From NCBI GenBank assembly GCA_964527805.1, contig CAZGNT010000006.1, positions 1,540-65,539 of the forward strand: 64,000 nucleotides of DNA, read 5' to 3'. Shown in pieces: positions 10,322 through 20,785 of this stretch. The translations under genes and the position numbers were made by a program. This stretch comes from an uncultured Sulfurovum sp. (GTDB taxonomy: Bacteria; Campylobacterota; Campylobacteria; Campylobacterales; Sulfurovaceae). Below the pieces are notes generated by a model, which had not been told where the DNA came from, made no database searches, and saw only the letters and a program-made list of their open reading frames with translations. The number at the start of each line of letters is the position of its first letter. The first letter of the stretch is position 1.

Positions 10322-10774
10322 ATGAAACATACATCAAAAAAGAAAAAATCCATATCTGCTTCTACACCAAAAAGAAGATATGCTACAAAACTAACAAAGT
10401 TTAAAGCCTTTTTGATCGATAATTTTATGCTGCTTATGCCTATTATGTATGTGGTTTTTTACCTCATAATGGGTGGCCGAAGCGGTTTTGCCGAGCATAA
10501 GCTGTATGGATGGATAGCTATATTTTTACCTCTTATTTTGCTGCAAGCTATATTTTTCTATAGAAGCGGACAAACTCCGGGATACAAAGCCTACAATATC
10601 AAATTAATAGACGAAACTACGGGAGAAAAACCAAGTTTTGGTATCATTCTATTTCGAAATTTTTGTGCATTGTTGTCATTTTTTACTATATTTGGGTGGA
10701 TGATGATGTTTTTTAGAAAAGACCACAAGACTCTTCATGATCTGCTGAGCAATACAGCAGCCGTAGAAATATGA
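10322..10774 (+). CDS. RDD-family membrane protein
   Basis: 150 aa; basic N-terminus, three TM helices, 'GQTPGYKAYNIKLID' typical of the RDD domain. Confidence 0.65.
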   Translation: MKHTSKKKKSISASTPKRRYATKLTKFKAFLIDNFMLLMPIMYVVFYLIMGGRSGFAEHKLYGWIAIFLPLILLQAIFFYRSGQTPGYKAYNIKLIDETTGEKPSFGIILFRNFCALLSFFTIFGWMMMFFRKDHKTLHDLLSNTAAVEI

Positions 10775-11883
10775 AAACACACTCTATCCTTGCCGTGTGG
10801 CTTTTAAGAGGATATTATTTTTTTTATTTTGCCATGGTTGGTGTTTATATCGTATTTATGCCAAAAGTCTTAACTGATATTGGCTATACGCCGTCACAAG
10901 TAGGAATTATATTTGCTTCTGCTCCCATGATGAGATTTTTGCTACCATTTGTTTTTCGCTATTATATTACTCTAACCAATCGTATATTTCTTTCTTCTTT
11001 GCTACTAAGCGTAATTGCAGTGGTTCTTTTTTGGGGGACTATTGATAATTTTTGGAACTTTCTAGCATGCAATCTTCTCTTTGGTGCAGCTATGGGCATA
11101 TCGTTGCCTTATATAGAAACCATATCTCTCAAGTTGCTATCAAAAATACAATACGGCAAAACAAGACTATGGGGCTCTGTTGGTTTTATGGCAATCGTGC
11201 TTTGGCTTGGCAAAGTCTTAGAAGATCCCAATGATGGCTTGGCATATCTGACACTCACTGCCTTTTTGACGCTTATATTTGGCGCCGGTATATGCATAAA
11301 AGATGCTAAAACCGATACGGATACCCTAGAAGATATACACTCTTTTTCGCTAAGAATCCACGCTCCATTTTGGATTTCAATTTTTCTTTTGCAGGTAAGT
11401 TTCGGCGGTTTTTATAATTTCTTTACTATATACGAAACTTCTCACGGCATTTCTCTTGAGGTTACCAGCTGGATGTGGAGCTTTGGAGTCATTTGTGAAA
11501 TTGCGATGCTCTATTTTCAAGGACCCCTGCTCCATAGAAACCTGCTCTCTATCATCAAATTCGCTACTTTTATCACCGCTTTGCGCTGGCTTATACTATA
11601 CCTTTACCCTAGTTCTACAGAATTGATATTTGCCTCCCAGTCTTTGCATGCTTTTAGCTTTGCTCTTTATCATACTGCTGCAATTAGCTATGTTTTTACG
11701 CTTTATTCTCAAAAAAAACTGGCTCAACAGTTTTTTCTGGGCATTGCATTTGGGCTAGGAGCCTCCGTGGGTGCTTTGGTCGCCGGCAAATTTTATGGTG
11801 ATATGCTTTTTGCCATAGAAGCACTTATAGCTTTTGGGGCATTTGCTATTTTATTTATCCCATCAGCAAAAGGAACCAAATGA
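10771..11883 (+). CDS. MFS transporter (MFS_1-like)
   Basis: 370 aa, about 12 predicted TM helices; ATGA overlap with the RDD gene. Confidence 0.7.
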   Translation: MKTHSILAVWLLRGYYFFYFAMVGVYIVFMPKVLTDIGYTPSQVGIIFASAPMMRFLLPFVFRYYITLTNRIFLSSLLLSVIAVVLFWGTIDNFWNFLACNLLFGAAMGISLPYIETISLKLLSKIQYGKTRLWGSVGFMAIVLWLGKVLEDPNDGLAYLTLTAFLTLIFGAGICIKDAKTDTDTLEDIHSFSLRIHAPFWISIFLLQVSFGGFYNFFTIYETSHGISLEVTSWMWSFGVICEIAMLYFQGPLLHRNLLSIIKFATFITALRWLILYLYPSSTELIFASQSLHAFSFALYHTAAISYVFTLYSQKKLAQQFFLGIAFGLGASVGALVAGKFYGDMLFAIEALIAFGAFAILFIPSAKGTK

Positions 11884-12470
11884 AGCCATTTGATACGGCC
11901 GTTATATTTGCAGGGGGCAAAAGCAGTCGCATGGGCAGCGATAAAGCATTATTGCCCTTTGGTAGATACAGCTCTTTGAGTCAATACCAATATGAAAAAC
12001 TTCAAAAGATATTTAATACCGTTTATATATCTGCCAAACATGATAAATTTGATTTTTCGCCACCGATTATAGCCGATATCTACGAACAAAGCTCTCCTCT
12101 TGTAGGACTTATATCAATATTTGAAACAATCAATGAAGATGAAGTTTTTATACTAAGTGTAGATGCACCCATGATAGAAAAAGAAATTATCGAACAACTA
12201 TACCAAACTGCATTATCCGATCAAAATGCAGATGCCGTAATAGCTAGGAGCCCGCAAGGCCTTGAGCCGCTATGCGGCATATATCGCCGTTCCATAGTGC
12301 CGTTAGCAAAAGAGTTTCTTGAGCTGGACAATCACAAACTTGTAACGCTTCTATCAAAAAGCAAAAGCATATATCATCTATTTGATTCTGATGAACCGTT
12401 TTTAAACCTGAATCATCCAAGTGAATACGAGCAGGCAAAAAAATTATTTAGAGGCAATGGGCTCTTTTAG
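11880..12470 (+). CDS. mobA: molybdenum cofactor guanylyltransferase
   Basis: 196 aa; 'IFAGGKSSRMGSDKALLPF' nucleotide-binding motif, 'LSVDAP', 'LEPLCGIY'; ATGA overlap with the MFS gene. Confidence 0.85.
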   Translation: MKPFDTAVIFAGGKSSRMGSDKALLPFGRYSSLSQYQYEKLQKIFNTVYISAKHDKFDFSPPIIADIYEQSSPLVGLISIFETINEDEVFILSVDAPMIEKEIIEQLYQTALSDQNADAVIARSPQGLEPLCGIYRRSIVPLAKEFLELDNHKLVTLLSKSKSIYHLFDSDEPFLNLNHPSEYEQAKKLFRGNGLF

Positions 12471-14864
12471 TTTAGACTCTATTTTGCTCACGATCTGTAT
12501 GGTCTCGAGCACGGAGTCTGGATTCAAACTCATAGAATCTATCTTCATTTTAACCAAAGCTTCTGCCATTTCCGGATAATCTGAAGGCCCCTGCCCGCAT
12601 ATGCCGCTATGACGATTATTTCGCTTGGTGCCCTGCACTGCCATATCTATCATCTTCATGACTCCAGAGTCAAGTTCATCATAATCAAACGCAACAATTT
12701 CATTATCGCGATCGACTCCGAGCATAAGCTGCGTCAAGTCATTGCTGCCTATGCTAAAACCATCAAAAAATTCGCTAAACGAATCTATTTCTATGACATT
12801 ATTTGGTATTTCACACATAACATATATCTGTAAACCGTTCTGGCCGCGTTTTAACCCGTATGTTTCCATAGCTTCCACGACCTCTTTAGCTTCTTTTAGG
12901 CGTCTGCAAAAAGGTATCATGAGTATAATATTATCAAACCCCATCTCTTCTCTAGCGCGTTTCATTGACTTGCATTCTAAGGCAAACCCCTCTTGATAAT
13001 TCGGATGCGTATAGCGCGAGGCTCCCCTAAAACCCAGCATAGGATTGGCTTCTTCAGGTTCAAAGAACTTTCCTCCCAGAAGCGAAGCGTATTCGTTGGT
13101 CTTAAAATCACTCATACGCACTACGCACGGTTTTGGGTAAACCGCAGAAGCTATGCTTGCAACACCTTCAGAAAGCGTTTTCACAAAAAATTCTTCATTG
13201 CTTTCATATGCTTTGGTGAGTTTTTCTATCTCTTTTGTGGTGTGCTCATCGGTTTTTTCTGGATAAATTAGTGCCATAGGGTGAGCTTTGATCGAATTAC
13301 TGATTATAAACTCCATGCGGGCAAGCCCTATTCCGTCCACCGGAAGAGAGGCAAGCGAAAAAGCAAGATCCGGATTGCCAAGGTTCATCATTATTTTTGT
13401 TTTGGTCTCAGGAATTGTGCCTAGATCAATATGCTTGATTTCATATTGCAAAATACCCTCATAAACAATCCCAACTTCTCCCCCTGAACAGCTAACCGTC
13501 ACCTCTTGTCCGTCATGTAATGCTTCAGTAGCATTTTTGGTTCCTACGATTGCCGGTATTCCTAATTCTCTGGAGATGATAGCAGCATGACATGTCCTTC
13601 CTCCGCTATCGGTAATAATTGCCGAAGCTATTTTCATTATGGGTTCCCAGTCTGGGCTAGTAGCAGCAGCAACCAAAATATTGCCTTCTTTAAACTCATG
13701 CAGATTACTCGCATCAATAATCTTTTGTACTTTTCCGCTGCCGATTTTGCTGCCAATGGCATGCCCTTTGAGAAGTATTTTTGACTCTTCTTTTAGCGTA
13801 TACATTTCAAAAGTAGTTTCGCTTTTTCTTGATTCTACCGTCTCAGGACGTGCTTGCACAACATAAAGATGCCCATCTATACCATCTTTTGCCCACTCTA
13901 TATCCATAGGCTTATTATGCCCTGCTTTTCTTGAATAGTGCTCTTCTATACTTATGGAATATTGCGCAAGCTCTATCGCTTCATCATCCGAGATACAAAA
14001 CCGTTTTTGGTCTGCAAGCGGCGTATTGACCACCTTGGTATATTCTTTTACGGCTTTGTTTTTATTGTCGGCAAAGATCATTTTTATAGTCTTTTGTCCC
14101 AATTTTCGCTTAAGTACAGATCGATACCTTTTTTTAAAAGTAGGTTTATGTATATAAAAACTATCAGGTTCCACAGTTCCTTGCACTATAGTCTCTCCCA
14201 TGCCATATGACGCATTGATAAACACGACATCTTCAAATCCGCTTTCCGTGTCAATAGAGAACATTACCCCGCTTGTTCCAATATCGCTTCTGACCATCTT
14301 CATGATCACAACACTCATATAAACCTTCATTGCATCCAATCCATGATCATATTTATAATGGATAGAACGATCTGTAAAATTGGAAGCAAGACAATGCTTA
14401 TACGCATCCAACAATGCTTCAAGAGTATTAATATTCAAATAAGTTTCATTCTGTCCGGCAAAAGAAGCTTCCGGTGAATCCTCGGCCGTAGCCGAACTCC
14501 TAACGGCAAATGTGACATCCTTTCCATATTCATTTTTTAGCTGATCATATCCTTGTGCTATCTCTTTTACAAGTTCGTCAGAAAGTGCACATTCAGCTAT
14601 AATTTTTCTGCATTTTTCGCTTTGAGCCTGCAACTGATAGATATCATTTCTGTCGAGTTTATCAAGTAGCTCATGAAGCTTTTCCCATGCTCCATTAATA
14701 TCAAGTATGGCTTTATAGGCTTCGGAGGTAATAGCAAAACCGTTTGGTATGCGAATATTTTGTTTTGAGAGGTTTTGATACATTTCGCCCAAAGAAGCTC
14801 CTTTGCCGCCAACAAGATCTACATCTTCAAGCCCTAGCTCTCTAAACCATTTAACATATTGCAT
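12444..14864 (-). CDS. ppsA: phosphoenolpyruvate synthase
   Basis: About 806 aa; 'VGGKGASLGEM', phospho-His motif 'GGRTCHAAIISRELGIPA', C-terminal PEP-utilising 'IGSNDLTQL'. Second ATG (14864) preferred because GGAG lies 8 nt upstream. Confidence 0.92.
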   Translation of the reverse strand: MQYVKWFRELGLEDVDLVGGKGASLGEMYQNLSKQNIRIPNGFAITSEAYKAILDINGAWEKLHELLDKLDRNDIYQLQAQSEKCRKIIAECALSDELVKEIAQGYDQLKNEYGKDVTFAVRSSATAEDSPEASFAGQNETYLNINTLEALLDAYKHCLASNFTDRSIHYKYDHGLDAMKVYMSVVIMKMVRSDIGTSGVMFSIDTESGFEDVVFINASYGMGETIVQGTVEPDSFYIHKPTFKKRYRSVLKRKLGQKTIKMIFADNKNKAVKEYTKVVNTPLADQKRFCISDDEAIELAQYSISIEEHYSRKAGHNKPMDIEWAKDGIDGHLYVVQARPETVESRKSETTFEMYTLKEESKILLKGHAIGSKIGSGKVQKIIDASNLHEFKEGNILVAAATSPDWEPIMKIASAIITDSGGRTCHAAIISRELGIPAIVGTKNATEALHDGQEVTVSCSGGEVGIVYEGILQYEIKHIDLGTIPETKTKIMMNLGNPDLAFSLASLPVDGIGLARMEFIISNSIKAHPMALIYPEKTDEHTTKEIEKLTKAYESNEEFFVKTLSEGVASIASAVYPKPCVVRMSDFKTNEYASLLGGKFFEPEEANPMLGFRGASRYTHPNYQEGFALECKSMKRAREEMGFDNIILMIPFCRRLKEAKEVVEAMETYGLKRGQNGLQIYVMCEIPNNVIEIDSFSEFFDGFSIGSNDLTQLMLGVDRDNEIVAFDYDELDSGVMKMIDMAVQGTKRNNRHSGICGQGPSDYPEMAEALVKMKIDSMSLNPDSVLETIQIVSKIESKLKEPIASK

Positions 14865-14970
14865 GATCATTTCTCCATTCTACTCGTCTATCTAATTTTA
14901 ACATGATTAATGTATTTATTAATATAAAAGGAATAAAATAAAATTAATATTAGTAATAAAAGGATTTTCT

Positions 14971-16368
14971 ATGGCTATATTGCAATCATTTGGTGCGGCA
15001 GAAACCGTAACAGGATCTTGTCATCTACTAAAATTACAAAACGGGATCAAGATCTTGGTTGATTGCGGACTGTTTCAAGGATACGCGGAAGAGCGCAACC
15101 ATGATCCTTTTGGCTTTGAGCCAGAAGATATCGATTTTCTTTTGATAACACACGGCCATCTAGATCATGTAGGGCGCATTCCAAAGCTGGTCAAAGAAGG
15201 CTTCAGGGGCACCATTGTCACACACAGCTCCACAATGGATCTGGCCGAAATAGTCTTGCTCGATAGTGCGAAACTAATGAAAGAAAACTATAGCATTAGC
15301 TTCAAAAAAGCCCAAAGAAGAGGAGAAGAAGATAAAGTTGTAAAACCATTATATACCGAAAGTGATGTAAAGTCTGTTTTTAACATGTCGATGATCTTTG
15401 CATCATATGACGAAAAAATAGATCTTGGCAATAACATATCGGTCAATTTCAAAAATGCCGGCCATATTCTTGACTCGGCAATCATAGAGCTCTTTTTTGA
15501 AGAAAACGGTACGGCTAAAAAAGTGGTATTTAGCGGTGACCTCGGAAACAATGATGAGCTGGTCACTCCTCTTCCTGATATTCTTGAAGATGCTGATTCT
15601 CTGCTTATAGAATCAACCTATGGCGATAGAAATCACAAAGGCGTCAAAGAGAGCGACGAGGAACTGCGCCAAGTGATCTTGGAAACTTTTGCCAGAAAAG
15701 GGAATGTTCTTATTCCCTCTTTTGCAATAGAACGCACACAAGAGCTATTATGCCTGCTCAAGCAAATGTATTACGAAGGAGAGCTCCCCGAATGCAAAAT
15801 ATTTCTTGATTCGCCTATGGCTATTCGAGCTACAGAAGTATACAAAAAATATCACGAAGAATTAAATGAAATCTGTAATGAATTTTTAGAACGCGATGGC
15901 ACCATATTTGATTTTCCATATCTTCATTACACCTCAAAAGTAGAAGACTCCAAAAAGATCAATGAAATAAAATCACACTGTATCATAATCGCAGGAGCAG
16001 GAATGTGCAACGGAGGGCGTATACTTCAACATTTCAAGCACCGCTTATGGAATGAGAGAAATGCACTTGTATTTGTAGGTTATCAAGTAGAAGGAACGCT
16101 AGGCAGATATATAGTTGACGGTGCAAAAACGATAAAGCTTTACGGTGAAGAGATTGTCATCAAGGCCAAAGTACATACGATCAATGGCTTTTCTGCTCAT
16201 GCTGATCAAAATGGCCTCATAGATTGGATGGGTAAATTCAAAAAACTTGATAATATCTTTATAGTTCATGGAGAAAGAGATAAACAAGAGATTTTCCAGC
16301 AAGAGATAGAAAAACGATTAAATAAAAAATCACATATTGTCAAACATGGGGAGAAAATCGGAATATGA
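14971..16368 (+). CDS. MBL-fold beta-CASP ribonuclease-like hydrolase
   Basis: 465 aa; 'HGHLDHVGRIP' metallo-beta-lactamase motif, beta-CASP and RNA-specificity C-terminus ('GFSAHADQNGL', 'VHGE'). Confidence 0.8.
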   Translation: MAILQSFGAAETVTGSCHLLKLQNGIKILVDCGLFQGYAEERNHDPFGFEPEDIDFLLITHGHLDHVGRIPKLVKEGFRGTIVTHSSTMDLAEIVLLDSAKLMKENYSISFKKAQRRGEEDKVVKPLYTESDVKSVFNMSMIFASYDEKIDLGNNISVNFKNAGHILDSAIIELFFEENGTAKKVVFSGDLGNNDELVTPLPDILEDADSLLIESTYGDRNHKGVKESDEELRQVILETFARKGNVLIPSFAIERTQELLCLLKQMYYEGELPECKIFLDSPMAIRATEVYKKYHEELNEICNEFLERDGTIFDFPYLHYTSKVEDSKKINEIKSHCIIIAGAGMCNGGRILQHFKHRLWNERNALVFVGYQVEGTLGRYIVDGAKTIKLYGEEIVIKAKVHTINGFSAHADQNGLIDWMGKFKKLDNIFIVHGERDKQEIFQQEIEKRLNKKSHIVKHGEKIGI

Positions 16369-16405
16369 TTGACAACATAGATAGTAAAAGTATAAAGTGC
16401 GAAAA

Positions 16406-16804
16406 ATGAATAAAATTATAACAATTGAAAAATTAATCGAACAAGCAAAAAAAATTGTTGGAGAATACAAACTGTCTACCCCTGATTTTTCTGCAGGATC
16501 AGTAGCTGCTGCGCTTTTAACAAACAATGGAAATATATATACCGGAATTAATATCGAAGTAGCATGCGGTATCGGATTTTGTGCAGAACATTCGGCAATT
16601 GCGCAAATGCTCAAACACAGAGAAACTCAAATCGAAATGATCGTTGCATTGGATACAATATCTATCAGGCCCCCTTGCGGAAGATGCAGGGAGCTGATGT
16701 TTCAAGTTGATTATAAAAATCTCAATGCAAAAGTATATATATCCCAAAACGAGTATATGACATTAGACAAATTACTGCCTTGCCGATGGAATCCAAGCTT
16801 ATAA
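16406..16804 (+). CDS. cytidine deaminase-fold protein (homotetrameric Cdd / blasticidin-S deaminase-like)
   Basis: Zinc motifs 'CAEHSAI' and 'PCGRCRE'. Start is ambiguous between GTG 16397 and ATG 16406. Confidence 0.75.
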   Translation: MNKIITIEKLIEQAKKIVGEYKLSTPDFSAGSVAAALLTNNGNIYTGINIEVACGIGFCAEHSAIAQMLKHRETQIEMIVALDTISIRPPCGRCRELMFQVDYKNLNAKVYISQNEYMTLDKLLPCRWNPSL

Positions 16805-16805
16805 T

Positions 16806-16831
16806 GTATCCTGCGTTAAAACGCAGGATAC
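16806..16831. terminator. bidirectional rho-independent terminator
   Basis: Perfect 11-bp stem GTATCCTGCGT / ACGCAGGATAC with TAAA loop, followed by a T-rich tract (tttttatttttttt). It lies between the convergent deaminase and LysR genes. Confidence 0.8.
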
Positions 16832-16841
16832 GAAAAGATTT

Positions 16842-17735
16842 TTATTTTTTTTCCAAGATTTGAGTTATCATTTTTTTAGCAAAAAAAGTGAATTTATCAA
16901 ATAATCCGCTATGGAATTTATTTTTGTGATAGATCATATAAAACTCTCTATGACACTCGAACTTTTTAACATCCACTTTATGTAATCTGCCGTCAGCTAT
17001 CTCTTTTTCGACTGCGATTTTGGAAAGACAGGCGAAACAACGCTTGCTTTTCAATATGTTTTTTATAGATTCGGTATGTCCAAGCTCTAAAAATATATTC
17101 AAAGATTCAACTTTATCTTTGATGCAGTTAAGAAATACTTCCCTTGTGCCGCTTCCCTGTTCTCTGAGTATCCATTTTTCGTCTGCCAAAGAGTCTATAT
17201 AGCAACTCTTTGCCATTTCGGCATCTGCAGTTACTACTACCAATTCATCTATTCCGACTTTTTCTTTAAGTACTTCCGGATCATCAACTGAACCTTCTAC
17301 AAAACCCACATCAATCAATCCTTCTCTTACCATTTCGATAATATTTTTGGTATTACCGTTTTTAAGAGAAATTCTTACTTCCGGATAACTATCCATGTAA
17401 CTACATACTATTTGCGGCATAATATAGTCAACAATTGTTGTACTGGCCCCTACGCGCACAATCCCCTTGTTTGGCGTATTTTGAAACTCAGTTTGGATAT
17501 CTATCACTTTTTTATAAAGCGGTTTTATCTCTTTATGAAAAGATCTACCAACCTCATTTAGAACCAATCTTTTGTTTATGCGATCAAAAAGCGGTCTTCC
17601 TATGGTGGTTTCGAGCTCTTTGATGGACATAGAAATCGCTGATTGGCTCAAATCCATCTCTTTTGATACTTGTGTCAAGTGCCCCTTCTCGACAACATTG
17701 AGAAAAATCTCTATTTGCCTAAGTGTAATGTTCAT
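16842..17735 (-). CDS. LysR-family transcriptional regulator (YeiE-like, divergent from yeiH-like gene)
   Basis: HTH 'MNITLRQIEIFLNVVEKGHLTQVSKEMDLSQSAISMSIKELE'. Start set to the MNITLRQ ATG (17735) rather than the track start at 17774. Confidence 0.85.
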   Translation of the reverse strand: MNITLRQIEIFLNVVEKGHLTQVSKEMDLSQSAISMSIKELETTIGRPLFDRINKRLVLNEVGRSFHKEIKPLYKKVIDIQTEFQNTPNKGIVRVGASTTIVDYIMPQIVCSYMDSYPEVRISLKNGNTKNIIEMVREGLIDVGFVEGSVDDPEVLKEKVGIDELVVVTADAEMAKSCYIDSLADEKWILREQGSGTREVFLNCIKDKVESLNIFLELGHTESIKNILKSKRCFACLSKIAVEKEIADGRLHKVDVKKFECHREFYMIYHKNKFHSGLFDKFTFFAKKMITQILEKK

Positions 17736-17861
17736 TTTAATCCCCTTTTTATCACTTACACTGATATTTATCAATCCTATAATTGATTTGCTAATTATGC
17801 CATCTTTTTAATATAATCTTAATCAAATTTAATGCTTAAATACAAAAACTAAGGCTTTTTT

Positions 17862-18929
17862 ATGAAAAAACTGATTTTATCCAATAAAAATTATATTTCC
17901 GGTGTAATTTTTGTAGCAATATTTGCTGCGGCTGCAACCTTTATAGCCGATCAAAATATAATAAAAACCTTGGGATTATCTCCTTTGGTTGTTGGTATTG
18001 TTATCGGTATATTCTATGCGAATACCCTGCATAATAAATTTCCTGCCCAGTGGGAGAGCGGCATCACGTTTTCTGCAAAAAAGATTCTGCGTTTTGCGAT
18101 CGTATTTTACGGATTTAGGATCACATTTCAAGCCATAGGCTCGGTAGGGCTCGAAGGTTTTTTAGTTTCTCTTATTATGCTTTCTACCACTTTTATATTT
18201 GGAACATGGATTGGGCATAAAATTTTTGGCATGGAAAAAGATACATCAATGCTTAATGCGTCAGGAGCTGCCGTATGTGGTGCTGCAGCAGTCCTTGCTA
18301 CCGAACCGGTATTGAAATCAGAAGAATACAAAGCTGCAATAGCAGTTTCCATGGTAGTTTTATTTGGAACAATAGCGATGTTTCTTTATCCCGTGCTGTA
18401 TAGCGCTATATTTGAAAATGCTTCGGGCTTTTTGCATATGTCTCCAAGGGAATTTGGTATCTATGTGGGAGGGACTATTCATGAAGTTGCCCAAGTTGTA
18501 GCTGTACCATTTTGTATACCGGGCGCGCCTGAAGAGATGGCAAACAATGCTGTGATCGTTAAAATGACAAGAGTCATTATGATTGCGCCTATGCTGATAA
18601 TTTTAGGCATCTATTTAAGTTATGACTCTAAAAAACAAGGCAAAGAAGCAGGAGAAAAGGTCAAACTTGTCATTCCTTGGTTTGCTGTATATTTTATTGG
18701 TGTAGCGGGTTTCAATTCACTGCATCTAATCCCAGAAAATATTGTAGCTGTCATAAATGAAATTGACACTTTTTTGCTAACAATGGCCATGACGGCTCTT
18801 GGCATGGGAACGCGTTTTGCAAAATTTAAAGGCCTTGGGCTTGCGCCGATATATACATCTGCTGCAATGTTCGCATGGCTTACTGTCGGAGGTTTTGTGG
18901 TAACAAAATTTATTTGCGAAATATTCTAA
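17862..18929 (+). CDS. YeiH/UPF0324-family putative sulfate exporter membrane protein
   Basis: 355 aa, about 10 TM helices; 'GGTIHEVAQVVA' motif; classic divergent arrangement with a LysR regulator. Confidence 0.75.
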   Translation: MKKLILSNKNYISGVIFVAIFAAAATFIADQNIIKTLGLSPLVVGIVIGIFYANTLHNKFPAQWESGITFSAKKILRFAIVFYGFRITFQAIGSVGLEGFLVSLIMLSTTFIFGTWIGHKIFGMEKDTSMLNASGAAVCGAAAVLATEPVLKSEEYKAAIAVSMVVLFGTIAMFLYPVLYSAIFENASGFLHMSPREFGIYVGGTIHEVAQVVAVPFCIPGAPEEMANNAVIVKMTRVIMIAPMLIILGIYLSYDSKKQGKEAGEKVKLVIPWFAVYFIGVAGFNSLHLIPENIVAVINEIDTFLLTMAMTALGMGTRFAKFKGLGLAPIYTSAAMFAWLTVGGFVVTKFICEIF

Positions 18930-18953
18930 GATTTTAAATTATATTCCTTCTGG

Positions 18954-18983
18954 CATAAAGATACAAAGAAGCGTATCTTTATG
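18954..18983. terminator. bidirectional stem-loop
   Basis: Perfect 11-bp inverted repeat CATAAAGATAC / GTATCTTTATG with an 8-nt loop, between the convergent yeiH-like and permease genes. Confidence 0.6.
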
Positions 18984-18984
18984 T

Positions 18985-20082
18985 TCAATTACAACATTTT
19001 CCATTTGATTTCTTGATAAAATATGATGTAATTACAAAATACAAGACAAAACACCAAAGAATAATAGCACTAAATATATCAATTATGTTTACGTCTTCAT
19101 GCAAATGCATCAACGATACCGGATTTATATCATTTATGTCAAAAATATAATCCAACCCCAATCCAAAAAATAAACTCCCTGTGGCAATACTTACAAGATA
19201 TATAAATAGCGAGCGATTACCGAGCATTTTTTTAACTACGGCCATTGTAATTGTGTTTGTTGCCGGGCCCGCCGTAAGAAATGCAAAAGCAGCCCCTGCG
19301 CTGACTCCTGAAAGCATAAGAGCTGCTGCTATCGGCAAAGAAGCTGTAGCGCATACATACATTGGAATTCCTATCAAAATGGCAATAGCATATGAAAGCC
19401 AATAATATGATTTTAAAATTTCTCCCAGGTTTGCAGGAATCATGGCAGTAATTATTGCTCCTAAAATCAGCCCCCAAAATAATGGTTTTGCAATATCGGA
19501 AAATAAAGTAATAAATCCATATTTTAGAGCATTGATGATTGAAAATCTTTTTTTAATAATTTTATTTTCACAGCAATTGTCTTGCGAACAACAACTTTGT
19601 TCATCAACAAAAGTATACTCTTTGGTTGTCGAGCTATCTGGTGCTTTGCCATCAAAGATATTTGTTAAAATTCCTGCGATCACAGCAATTATAACGGAGC
19701 TTATTATACGATATAAAGTAAATATCCATCCAAAAATTCCATATGTTGCCATTATGGAATCAACACCTGTGGTCGGGGTAGAAATAAGAAATGATAGAGT
19801 TGCGCCTTTGCTCGCTCCTGATTTCTTGATAGAATTAGCCAATGGAATGACACCGCACGAACATATAGGCAGCGGTGAGCCAAAAATAGTAGCTTTTATA
19901 ACTGAGGGGACATTACTGCTGCCCAAATGCTTTGTGACTATACTCTCCGGTATGAGTTCATGCAAAATACCGGCAAATATAAGGCCAAAAAGAATATAAG
20001 GAGCCATGGAAACACTAAGCTGCCATAACGAATTAATAAAATGTGTTATTTCCATTTGCTTGTTCCTTTTTTTATTTATCAT
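18985..20082 (-). CDS. DUF318/ArsP-like permease, Cys-rich (SO_0444-type metal efflux-like)
   Basis: 365 aa; duplicated TM bundles, 'PICSCGVIPL' motif, central loop 'EQSCCSQDNCCENK', C-terminal 'GKCCN'. Start may instead be the internal Met at 20055. Confidence 0.65.
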   Translation of the reverse strand: MINKKRNKQMEITHFINSLWQLSVSMAPYILFGLIFAGILHELIPESIVTKHLGSSNVPSVIKATIFGSPLPICSCGVIPLANSIKKSGASKGATLSFLISTPTTGVDSIMATYGIFGWIFTLYRIISSVIIAVIAGILTNIFDGKAPDSSTTKEYTFVDEQSCCSQDNCCENKIIKKRFSIINALKYGFITLFSDIAKPLFWGLILGAIITAMIPANLGEILKSYYWLSYAIAILIGIPMYVCATASLPIAAALMLSGVSAGAAFAFLTAGPATNTITMAVVKKMLGNRSLFIYLVSIATGSLFFGLGLDYIFDINDINPVSLMHLHEDVNIIDIFSAIILWCFVLYFVITSYFIKKSNGKCCN

Positions 20083-20219
20083 CAGTTAAAAGGTAATATT
20101 TTAGAATAACAGATTATAGCTTAAGTTACAATAATCGTTATCGTTATCATTTAATACTAACTGTAAAATATTTAAGTTTGAATCGATATACTCTGAAAAA
20201 ATTAAAAAGGATTATATTT

Positions 20220-20783
20220 ATGAAAAAATTAATGATTTTACCTATAGCCTTGATGCTTGGAGCGTGTACGCAAACAGCCACGATCACACCTGAGAAAAAT
20301 CTAAAAAACATGGAAGCAAAAGGGGTTTCTTATGCGGATGGTCTCGTATCTGCAATAAAGCCTGTGCTTATGGAATCACTTCAAGCTGACCCGACCGGTG
20401 CATCAGGAATGATGGCTTGTGCAAATGCGGCTATGCCGCTTACTGATGAATATAACAAACAATTACCATCCAACACCAAAGTCAGAAGAACTGCCATAAA
20501 ATATAGAAATCAGGCAAACAAACCCGATGCAAAAGATATAGAAGTGATGAATAATATCGTGGCGTCCAAAAATTTTGCCCCAGTAGTAGTAGAGACAAGC
20601 GACAGCTACAGAGTATACAAGCCGCTTCCTATGGCACAACCGTGTATGGCTTGTCATGGTGATCTAAAAAATATGAATAAACAAACACGCGAAAAGATCA
20701 AAGAGTACTACCCCAAAGATCTTGCAACAGGATTTAAGCCGGGGGATTTTAGAGGTGTAGTCGTAGCAGAGATAAAAAAATAA
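20220..20783 (+). CDS. DUF3365 (Tll0287-like) c-type haem lipoprotein
   Basis: Lipobox 'LMLGAC'; single CxxCH 'CMACHG'; C-terminal 'GDFRGVVVAEI'. AAGGA RBS before ATG 20220; the track start at 20178 is TTG. Confidence 0.7.
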   Translation: MKKLMILPIALMLGACTQTATITPEKNLKNMEAKGVSYADGLVSAIKPVLMESLQADPTGASGMMACANAAMPLTDEYNKQLPSNTKVRRTAIKYRNQANKPDAKDIEVMNNIVASKNFAPVVVETSDSYRVYKPLPMAQPCMACHGDLKNMNKQTREKIKEYYPKDLATGFKPGDFRGVVVAEIKK

Positions 20784-20785
20784 GG

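Noticed and set aside
12444-12470. The 27-nt convergent overlap of the mobA and ppsA 3' ends, considered as a regulatory antisense arrangement.
   Set aside because: It most likely reflects a non-conserved C-terminal tail on mobA. No structure or motif is evident.
20131-20152. The CGTTAT-CGTTAT repeat considered as a fourth Mo-box.
   Set aside because: There is no partner half-site with CG at the 24-bp spacing, and the TATATA cores are absent. It is kept only as a weak Fur-like hexamer repeat.
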